From NCBI GenBank assembly GCA_963719225.1, contig CAVRAY010000001.1, forward strand, positions 224,001 to 288,000: DNA of 64,000 nt. Reading direction: 5' to 3'. The stretch comes from Thermoanaerobaculia bacterium (GTDB taxonomy: Bacteria; Acidobacteriota; Thermoanaerobaculia; UBA5066). The translations under genes and the position numbers were made by a program. Under the pieces are notes generated by a model. It saw nothing but the letters and a program-made list of their open reading frames with translations, was not told the DNA's origin and searched no databases. Below, piece after piece: positions 56,696 to 64,000 of this stretch (the first letter of the stretch is position 1; every line of letters begins with the position of its first letter).

Positions 56696-58137
56696 ATTTT
56701 CTTCGCGTGAAGCGCCTCCACTTCGTCGGGATCGGGGGCATCGGGATGAGCGGCCTCGCCGAGCTCCTGAAGAGCGTCGGGCTCGAGGTGACGGGCTCGG
56801 ATCTCTCGATCTCGGAGACGGCGCTCCGCCTCAAGAGCCTCGGCATCGAGGTGCACCAGGGCCACCGGGCCGAGAACACGACCGGCGCGGACGTCGTCAT
56901 CTACTCGAGCGCGGTCAACGAGGGAAACCCCGAGGTCGTCGCCGCGCGGGCCGCCGGCCTTCCCGTCATCAAGCGGGCCGAGATGCTCGCCGAGGTCATG
57001 CGGGTAAAGCGGGGAATCGCGATCTCGGGCGCGCACGGCAAGACCACGACGACGTCCATGACGGGAGCGATCCTGATGGCGGCGGGGCTCGACCCCACGA
57101 TCATCGTGGGCGGCCGCATGCGCGAAGTCGGCACCGCGCGGCTGGGACACGGGGAATACCTCGTCGCCGAAGCCGACGAGTTCGACCGGTCGTTCCTGGC
57201 GCTCTCGCCGATGCTCGCGGTCGTGAACAACATCGACCTCGAGCACCTCGACACCTATCGCGACCTCGCGGACATCCAGGAGACGTTCGCGCGTTTCGCG
57301 CGAAGCGTGCCTTTTTTCGGCGCGGTGATCCTCGGCCTGGACGACCCGAACGTCCAGGAGATCCGGCCTCTCATCTCCCGCCGCGTCGTGACTTTCGGCC
57401 TCACGCCTCAGGCCGACGTCACCGTGCGCGACCTGGTTCTGGAGCGGGCGGGCTCGCGGTTCGTCGCGACCGCGGGCCGCGACTTCATGGGGGCCGTGAG
57501 GCTCAAGGTGCCGGGGCTCCACAACGTGAAGAACGCGCTCGCCGCGCTCGCCGTCGCGCGCGAGCTGTCGATTCCGTTCGGAATCGCCTCCCGCGCGCTC
57601 GAGGAATTCGCGGGCGTGATCCGGCGATTCGAGAAGAAGGGCGAGACGGGCGGAATCGTCGTGGTCGACGACTACGCGCACCACCCGACCGAGGTGGCCG
57701 CGACGCTCGCGGCGGCCCGCCAGTCGTATCCGGACCGGCGCGTCGTCGCGCTCTTCCAGCCTCACCTCTACTCCCGCACGAAGGACTTCGCGGCGAACTT
57801 CGGCGCGGTGTTCCTGAACGCGGACGTCCTCCTCGTGGCTCCCGTCTACGGCTCGCGGGAAGCGCCGCGCGAAGGCGTGACGGGCGCGCTCGTGGCCGAC
57901 GCGGCGACGGCGCGCGGGCACCGTAACGCGCGGTTCATCGCGGACCGGGCGGACATCGGACGCGCCCTCGAAGAAGAAATGAAAGACGGAGACCTTCTGC
58001 TCACCATGGGGGCAGGAGATGTAAATCAATTCGGAGAAGAGTTTCTTAGAAGGAAAGAGAGCACAGGCAACGTCACCGCGCAGCCGGCCGCAGCCGCGCA
58101 ACCGCTACACATACCTTCTAAGAAATCCGAACTATGA
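56692..58137 (+). CDS. murC: UDP-MurNAc-L-Ala ligase
   Basis: HFVGIGGIGMSG, GAHGKTTT, EADEFD, DDYAHHPTE, FQPH.YSRT. Confidence 0.96.
   Translation: MNFLRVKRLHFVGIGGIGMSGLAELLKSVGLEVTGSDLSISETALRLKSLGIEVHQGHRAENTTGADVVIYSSAVNEGNPEVVAARAAGLPVIKRAEMLAEVMRVKRGIAISGAHGKTTTTSMTGAILMAAGLDPTIIVGGRMREVGTARLGHGEYLVAEADEFDRSFLALSPMLAVVNNIDLEHLDTYRDLADIQETFARFARSVPFFGAVILGLDDPNVQEIRPLISRRVVTFGLTPQADVTVRDLVLERAGSRFVATAGRDFMGAVRLKVPGLHNVKNALAALAVARELSIPFGIASRALEEFAGVIRRFEKKGETGGIVVVDDYAHHPTEVAATLAAARQSYPDRRVVALFQPHLYSRTKDFAANFGAVFLNADVLLVAPVYGSREAPREGVTGALVADAATARGHRNARFIADRADIGRALEEEMKDGDLLLTMGAGDVNQFGEEFLRRKESTGNVTAQPAAAAQPLHIPSKKSEL
58042..58125. repeat. Perfect 12-bp inverted repeat pair in the murC 3' extension
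   Basis: TTTCTTAGAAGG 58042-58053 and CCTTCTAAGAAA 58114-58125. Confidence 0.8.
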
Positions 58138-58943
58138 GTTCCTTCTATCGTCTTCCCGCCTCCCGCACCGTGCGCCCCATGCGGCGCGGCGCGGGGCGGC
58201 GGCTCCTCGTGCCGGCCGTGGTCTGCCTTCTCTTCGTCATCCTCGGCCTCTCGGGCCTCCTTCTCCTCCGGACTCATTCGCGCTTCGCCGTGAACCGCGT
58301 CGTGCTCGAAGGCGTGCCGGAGGCGCGGCGCTCGGAAGCGGAAGAGCTGACGGACGGCTGGATCGGACGGCCGCTTCTCTTCCTCGATCTCGACCAGCCG
58401 GTGGCCGAGCTTTCGAAGCGCTCGTGGGTCGCGTCCGCGACGGCCCGCCGCATCGTGCCCGACACGATCGCCGTGCGCATCGTGGCGCGGCCGCCCGTCG
58501 CGCTCGTGGCGCGCGCCGACAAGGACGGAGAGCTTTGGACGATCGACCGCGGCGGCAGCTTCATCGGCCCGTACGCGGGCCGCGCGCTCTCGAGGAGCGA
58601 CGACTTCGTGGTTCTCTCCGGCGCGTCCGACGCGGCGTCGCTCGCGCGCGGGGCGAAGTTCGTCGAGGTCCTCAGGGAGGAGGATCCCGAGCTCCTGGCG
58701 CGGTTGTCCGGAGTCGTCCTCGTGCCCGAGGGCTTCTCGGTGACGGACCGCATCGCGAAGGCGTGCCTCCTGTTCGGGCCCGACGCCGCCGAGCCGAAGA
58801 AAGCCGCGCCGCTGTGGCGCGCGTTCCTCGCCCTGCGCCCCGAGCTCGACCGCCATTCCCTGCCCGCGACCGAGGCGGACCTGCGCTTTTCGGGACGCAT
58901 CGTGCTGAAAGCGCCCCCCGACACGGGGCGCGGGAAGACCTGA
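58134..58943 (+). CDS. ftsQ: Cell division protein FtsQ/DivIB
   Basis: TM, POTRA (WV..A..RR..PDT), C-terminal DLRF; position before ftsA. Confidence 0.85.
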   Translation: MSSFYRLPASRTVRPMRRGAGRRLLVPAVVCLLFVILGLSGLLLLRTHSRFAVNRVVLEGVPEARRSEAEELTDGWIGRPLLFLDLDQPVAELSKRSWVASATARRIVPDTIAVRIVARPPVALVARADKDGELWTIDRGGSFIGPYAGRALSRSDDFVVLSGASDAASLARGAKFVEVLREEDPELLARLSGVVLVPEGFSVTDRIAKACLLFGPDAAEPKKAAPLWRAFLALRPELDRHSLPATEADLRFSGRIVLKAPPDTGRGKT

Positions 58944-58954
58944 GAGGACTAGGG

Positions 58955-60202
58955 ATGCCGAAACCCGCTTCGTATCTCGTCAGCCTCGACATCGGATCGA
59001 CGAAGGTCTGCGCCCTCATCGCTGAGCCGGACGCGTCGGGCCGCATCGACATCATCGGCAAGGGCACGGCGGTGCACAAGGGCGCGCGCAAGGGGGCCAT
59101 CATCGACGTGCCCGTCACGGTCGACGCGATCAAGCGCGCGACGGAGGAGGCGGAGATCATGGCCGGCGCCCAGATCGAGCGCGCGGTCGTGGGCGTCGCC
59201 GGCCCGGCCGTCAAGTCGTTCAACAGCCGCCAGGTCGTCGCGGTGGCTGCGAAGAACCGCGAGATCACGCGCGAGGACATCCAGCGCTCCCTCGACGCGG
59301 CGCGCTCGGTGCCGATCCCGTCGGAGTTCGAGATCCTCCACGTCCTCCCGCGCGAGTTCGTCGTGGACGGCCAGGACGGAGTCGCCGACCCGCTCGGCAT
59401 GGTGGGCAGCCGGCTGGAAGCCGACGTCCACGTCGTCACCGTGCCCGTCGCGACGACACAGAACCTTCTCAACTGCGTCAACCGGGCGGGCGTCGAGGTG
59501 ATCGAGATGGTGCTCGAGCCCCTCGCCGCGGGCGAAGCGGTGCTCACCCCGGACGAGCGCGAGCTGGGCGTCGTCCTCGCCGACATCGGCGGTGGAACGA
59601 CGGAAGTCGCGGTCTGGCGCCACGGAGCGCTCGCGCACACGTCCGTTCTGCCCGTGGGCGGAGACCACTTCACGAACGACCTCGCGGTCGTCCTGAAGAC
59701 TCCCGTCCCCGACGCCGAGCGGCTCAAGCGCAAGTTCGGGGCGGCGATGGCGGCGCTCGTGAACGAAAGCGAGTCGCTCGACGTGCCGCTCACGGGCGGG
59801 CGGGGCGTCCATCCCGTCAAGCGGCGCGAGATCGCCGAGATTCTCCAGCCGCGCGCCGAGGAGCTCCTCACGCTGCTCTGGGAAGAGTCGGTCCGGGAGG
59901 TTCCCGCGGGCGAGCTGCGTGCCGGACTCGTTCTCACGGGCGGCGGCGCCGAGCTGGACGGGCTCCTCGAAGTCGCCGAGCAGGTCCTGGGCGTCGCCGT
60001 GCGCCGGGGCGTTCCACGCGGCCTCGGCGGGCTGACGGACGTCATCGCCTCGCCGGAATGGGCCTGCGCCGCGGGTCTGCTGCTCTACGGCCGCGGCAGC
60101 GCCGCCGCGTCGAAGAAGCGCTCGCGCGTCTCCGGTCCGGGCCTTCTCGAGAAGCTCAAAGGCTCCCTCAAGAACTTATTCCCCGCGTCCACCGCGTTGT
60201 GA
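58955..60202 (+). CDS. ftsA: Cell division protein FtsA
   Basis: [35 protein letters not shown]-terminal amphipathic helix. Confidence 0.96.
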   Translation: MPKPASYLVSLDIGSTKVCALIAEPDASGRIDIIGKGTAVHKGARKGAIIDVPVTVDAIKRATEEAEIMAGAQIERAVVGVAGPAVKSFNSRQVVAVAAKNREITREDIQRSLDAARSVPIPSEFEILHVLPREFVVDGQDGVADPLGMVGSRLEADVHVVTVPVATTQNLLNCVNRAGVEVIEMVLEPLAAGEAVLTPDERELGVVLADIGGGTTEVAVWRHGALAHTSVLPVGGDHFTNDLAVVLKTPVPDAERLKRKFGAAMAALVNESESLDVPLTGGRGVHPVKRREIAEILQPRAEELLTLLWEESVREVPAGELRAGLVLTGGGAELDGLLEVAEQVLGVAVRRGVPRGLGGLTDVIASPEWACAAGLLLYGRGSAAASKKRSRVSGPGLLEKLKGSLKNLFPASTAL

Positions 60203-60221
60203 TATCGATGGAGGAAAGAAC

Positions 60222-61424
60222 ATGATCCTTTTCGACGACGAGCCCCGCCCGTCGCTCCCCATCTCGCTGAATGACGACGTTCCTCCTCCCGCGAAGATCA
60301 AGGTCGTGGGCGTGGGCGGAGGCGGCGGCAACGCCGTCAACCGCATGATCCAGGCCGGCATCAAGGGGATCGACTTCGTGGCGGCGAACACCGATCTCCA
60401 GGTGCTGCGGGTGAACCGCGCCGCGACGAAGCTGCAGCTCGGTCTCACGACCTCGCGTGGCATGGGCGCGGGGTCGAACCCCGAGGTCGGCCGCAACGCC
60501 GCGCTCGAGGACGCCGAGAGGATCACGCAGGTGCTCTCGGGCTCGGACATGGTGTTCGTCACGGCCGGCATGGGCGGCGGGACGGGCACGGGGGCGGCGC
60601 CGGTCGTGGCACGGCTCGCGTCCGAGGCGGGAGCGCTCGTCGTCGCCATCGTCTCGAAGCCTTTCTCCTTCGAAGGCCGGCGGAAGCTGCGCTACGCCGA
60701 GGACGGCATCGCGGAGCTGCGCGAGTACGTCGACACCCTCATCACGATCCCGAACGAGCGCCTCTATTCGTTCGTGGAGCGGAACGTGACGACCTGGGAG
60801 GCGTTCCGCATCGCGGACGACGTGCTCCGCCAGGCCGTCCAGGGCATCAGCGACCTCATCACGGTGCCCGGCGTCGTGAACCTCGACTTCGCGGACGTGA
60901 AGACGGTCATGGAGAACATGGGCATGGCGCTCATGGGGACCGGCACGGCTTCCGGCGAGCACCGGGCCGTCGAAGCGGCGCAGCGCGCGATCTCGAACCC
61001 GCTCCTCGAGGAGCAGTCCATCCAGGGCGCGCGCGCCATCCTCATCAACGTGACGGGCGGCGACGACCTCACGCTCGCCGAGGTGAACGAGGCGTGCGCG
61101 ATCATCCAGCAGGCGGCCGACGAGGAGGCGAACGTCATCTTCGGGCTGGTCATGGACAAGGACATGAAGGACGAGGTCAAGATCAGCGTCATCGCGACGG
61201 GCTTCGATGCCCCCGCGGCTCTCGCCTCGCGACGCGAGGTGTCGCTGCCCGTCACCCCGAGCGGCGCGCGGCCGGCGGCCGATAGGGAGCGCGAGCGCGC
61301 GCGCACCTCCCCCGAGACGCCGATCCCGGAAGATCAGGGCTACGGGGTGAACCTCATCAACATGCGCGATCCGCGCGAGGACATCTTCGACATCCCGACG
61401 TTCCTGAGAAGGCAGATGGACTAG
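60222..61424 (+). CDS. ftsZ: Cell division protein FtsZ
   Basis: [31 protein letters not shown]-terminal DIPTFLR. Confidence 0.98.
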   Translation: MILFDDEPRPSLPISLNDDVPPPAKIKVVGVGGGGGNAVNRMIQAGIKGIDFVAANTDLQVLRVNRAATKLQLGLTTSRGMGAGSNPEVGRNAALEDAERITQVLSGSDMVFVTAGMGGGTGTGAAPVVARLASEAGALVVAIVSKPFSFEGRRKLRYAEDGIAELREYVDTLITIPNERLYSFVERNVTTWEAFRIADDVLRQAVQGISDLITVPGVVNLDFADVKTVMENMGMALMGTGTASGEHRAVEAAQRAISNPLLEEQSIQGARAILINVTGGDDLTLAEVNEACAIIQQAADEEANVIFGLVMDKDMKDEVKISVIATGFDAPAALASRREVSLPVTPSGARPAADRERERARTSPETPIPEDQGYGVNLINMRDPREDIFDIPTFLRRQMD

Positions 61425-61479
61425 CCGATTGCGGGGGGCTCCGTCGCCGCCCCCCGCGCCCCTGGCGGGGTTTCGGACC

Positions 61480-63378
61480 ATGAAACGGAGCTCGTTCGCG
61501 GGGATCCTCGGCGCCCTCCTCGTGGCGCGAACGGTTTCCGTCCTTTTTCACCACCTTCTCCTGACGCCCTCCGGCGCGCGCGTCGCCGAGCACCCCTTTT
61601 CCGTCATTCCCGCGACGCTCGCGGGGGAGATCGGCACGGTCGCGACCCTCGGCGTTCTCGCGGGGATCGTTTCGTGGATCTCGGCGCGCGCGGGCCTGGC
61701 ATTCCTCGCTCTCGGAGGCGCGTTTCTCCTCTTCGTGTCGCAGCTCGACCTGGAGCTCGTGCGCTGGACGGGCGAGCACCTGAACCCCCACTGGCTCTTC
61801 GCTTACAACCTGCTCGCGCACCGGCGGCTCCTCAAGGACGTTCTCTTCGGAGACACGCTCGCTCTCGCCGTCGCGCTCCTGCTCGTCGTCGTGCCGTTCT
61901 TCGTGATTCTCGCGATCGCGCGGCGCCGGGGCGCCGAGCGCCTGGACGGCCGGGTTCTCGCGCTCTTCGCGGCATTGTCGTTCGCTGGGCTCTCTTCGCA
62001 GTCGCTCCTGGCCCCGACACCGCTGGCCCTCCGGCGCGCGCGGCCGGCGTTCGCGAGCCTCTTCTTGGAATCGATCGCGTCTTTCGGCGACCGGCCTTCA
62101 CCCTCAGACGTGCGTGCCGGGCTCGCGGAGCTTCACCGGTTCCTGAACCGGCCGCCCGGCTGGTTTTCCGACCCGGGCTATCCCGTGTGGCACGCCGTCC
62201 CTTCGGAGGAAGAGTCGTATGCGCGGTTTCGCGCGCTGCCTCTCTCCGAGAAACCCGACGTCGTGCTCGTGGTCTTCGAGTCCGCGCGCGGCTGGGAGAC
62301 GGATTTCCGCAGGGCTTTCGCGGAAAGCCGCGTACCCGTTCTCCATCGCCTGTGGAGGGAGCGCGGAGTTTCCTTTCCGGCCTGCATCGCCACGGGCTAT
62401 CCGTCGATCGAAGGACGCGGCGGGATCTTCCTGGGGATCACGAGCCATCCCTCGGGGATCCTCCTCTACAACGCCCGGCAGCTCCGCGTGCTCTCGATCG
62501 GCGAGATCCTCGCGCGCGCCGGCTACGACCGCGAGCTCGTCGCGGCAACGAGCCCGGCATTCGAGAAGATGGAAGACTGGTACGCACGATGGTTCGACGA
62601 CGTCCCCTACGATCCTTCGGACACGACGGACGAAGTGCTCGCCGACAAGACGATCCGCATCCTCGAGGCACCCCGTGAGAAGCCGCTTTTCCTGTCCCTC
62701 TTCACGATCGCGACGCATCCGCCCTTGTACCGGCCGCCCGGCACACCCGAGCCGCGAACGCCGCGCGAGGCCTATCTCGCCGCGCTCGGCTACACCGATC
62801 GCCACCTCGGACGCGTCTTCGAGGCGTTGCGTGCGACGCCGCGCGGTCGCGACACGATCGTTCTCGTCGTTGGCGACCACGCGACGGCGAACCCTTGGCA
62901 GGCGATCCGCCTTCCGCGCCTCGGGACGCCGAATGCCGGCGAGAACTGGACCACCCTTCTCGTCGCGGCGAAGGGCCTTCCGTCCGGCACGCTCCGGCCG
63001 GAGCTCACCTCTCAGCTCGATGTCGCGCCGACGCTCCTTGGCCTTCTCGGGCTCGACGTCTCGAATCACTTCTTCGGGCGCGATCTCTTCGCGCCTCCCG
63101 GGCCGCGAAAGCAGGGCGTCCTCGCGCTGCGCTTCAACGGTCTCGCGGCCTTCGAAGGCCCGTTTCTCTACCAGGCCCGTCTCGGCGACGCGGCGTTCGC
63201 ACAGAAGTGGCGCTGGGAAGTCTACGAGGACCAGGCCGACGCTCCGAACGGCGACTACCACCACGGGATTCAGGAGTCTCTCTCGGTCTCGGATCGCGAA
63301 CGGATCGCCGATCTCAAGAGGATGGCACGCGCGTGGGGCGCCGTTCTCGACGACAACCGCGTGATGCCTCCACGCTGA
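61480..63378 (+). CDS. LTA synthase/sulfatase-superfamily membrane protein
   Basis: N-terminal TMs; PDVVLVVFES, TIATHPP, YTDRHLG, VGDH, SQLDVAPTLL.LLG, GRDL. Confidence 0.8.
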   Translation: MKRSSFAGILGALLVARTVSVLFHHLLLTPSGARVAEHPFSVIPATLAGEIGTVATLGVLAGIVSWISARAGLAFLALGGAFLLFVSQLDLELVRWTGEHLNPHWLFAYNLLAHRRLLKDVLFGDTLALAVALLLVVVPFFVILAIARRRGAERLDGRVLALFAALSFAGLSSQSLLAPTPLALRRARPAFASLFLESIASFGDRPSPSDVRAGLAELHRFLNRPPGWFSDPGYPVWHAVPSEEESYARFRALPLSEKPDVVLVVFESARGWETDFRRAFAESRVPVLHRLWRERGVSFPACIATGYPSIEGRGGIFLGITSHPSGILLYNARQLRVLSIGEILARAGYDRELVAATSPAFEKMEDWYARWFDDVPYDPSDTTDEVLADKTIRILEAPREKPLFLSLFTIATHPPLYRPPGTPEPRTPREAYLAALGYTDRHLGRVFEALRATPRGRDTIVLVVGDHATANPWQAIRLPRLGTPNAGENWTTLLVAAKGLPSGTLRPELTSQLDVAPTLLGLLGLDVSNHFFGRDLFAPPGPRKQGVLALRFNGLAAFEGPFLYQARLGDAAFAQKWRWEVYEDQADAPNGDYHHGIQESLSVSDRERIADLKRMARAWGAVLDDNRVMPPR

Positions 63379-63387
63379 GACGGCGCT

Positions 63388-63702
63388 TCAGAGAGTGGCG
63401 GCCGAGTCGCGGGCCTTCCGTGCGCCCCTGCGGTTCTTGAGCCACGCGCGTGCCTTCAGCCACGTGCGCTCGAATTTCGGGTTCCGCTGCCGGAAGCGTC
63501 TCACCTTGCGCTGCACCCACCGGCTCTCCACGTAGAGAAGCGCGGCGCCGGCGACGCCGAACGGCCAGCCCTGGATCACGGGCAGGAGTCCTCCGATGAT
63601 CCCGAGGGTGAGCAGGCTCCAGCCGAGCGTGAGGAGCGCGATCCGCACGGGGCGGCTGCGCCGCCTTGCGAGCCCGCGCGGCAGGGGCTGACGCGCGCTC
63701 AT
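63388..63702 (-). CDS. Small membrane protein (PGPGW/DUF454-like)
   Basis: LGW.LL.LGIIG..LPVIQGW hydrophobic hairpin, basic tail. Confidence 0.65.
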   Translation of the reverse strand: MSARQPLPRGLARRRSRPVRIALLTLGWSLLTLGIIGGLLPVIQGWPFGVAGAALLYVESRWVQRKVRRFRQRNPKFERTWLKARAWLKNRRGARKARDSAATL

Positions 63703-64000
63703 GGTTTCTTCGGAAAGATGCCTCGGCGCGCGTCGCGGACGATCTGCTTTGCCTCCTCCGAAAACGTCTTCGAGATCATCCAGTCCAGGAATCCCGGATG
63801 CTTTTCGGCGACTTCCTCGAGCGTCTTGCCCCGGTGCTCGCTGAACGCCAGGACGATCTCCCCGTCCCTCCAGAGAAAGCGCTTGTCGGGATCGGCGAAT
63901 CGGCCCTCCGGCGGCCTGGAGAGCTCGTGCAAGGCTGCGATGTCGCGCGGCAGGTCCGCGTAGCGCCGGAACTGTCCGGCGAGGACCTCCGCCGACGCGA
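63699..64000 (-). CDS. C-terminus of a DnaQ-like 3'-5' exonuclease (partial)
   Basis: EVLAGQFRRY.DLP...F..HRGK.L..V....PGFLDWM....F; frame open to the window edge. Confidence 0.7.
   Translation of the reverse strand, partial: ASAEVLAGQFRRYADLPRDIAALHELSRPPEGRFADPDKRFLWRDGEIVLAFSEHRGKTLEEVAEKHPGFLDWMISKTFSEEAKQIVRDARRGIFPKKP

Overview
High-GC bacterial chromosomal window. Gene content and a repeated secreted domain suggest Acidobacteriota, probably Thermoanaerobaculia (inference, no database search). The right third is housekeeping: mfd, two PPIases, RNase D and the dcw cluster mraZ-rsmH-ftsL-ftsI-murE-mraY-murD-ftsW-murG-murC-ftsQ-ftsA-ftsZ, which lacks murF, murB and ddl. The left two-thirds is accessory. 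(1) A convergent pair of tightly coupled operons at 7.1-20.5 kb encodes two B12-binding radical SAM enzymes, three methyltransferases, an amidohydrolase, an HPr-kinase-like kinase, a nucleotidyltransferase and a sulfatase-like protein. Both operons end in a paralogous module of a small aromatic-x-G-G-x pentapeptide-repeat protein plus a GT-A-like enzyme. (2) A thioredoxin/TPR gene split in the ORF track reads as one ORF with an in-frame TGA in a WAPW-U-HSC active site, followed by a SECIS-like hairpin (probable selenoprotein). (3) An AT-rich motif, TTTCTTAGAA(A)GG, recurs inside and between genes, often in inverted pairs. (4) A nonaheme cytochrome c/cytochrome b pair is translationally coupled to a two-component system, facing two small paralogs with a phased operator array. 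(5) Also present are a VapBC toxin-antitoxin pair and several secreted proteins sharing a ~230-aa domain. No rRNA, tRNA, CRISPR array or transposase was recognised.
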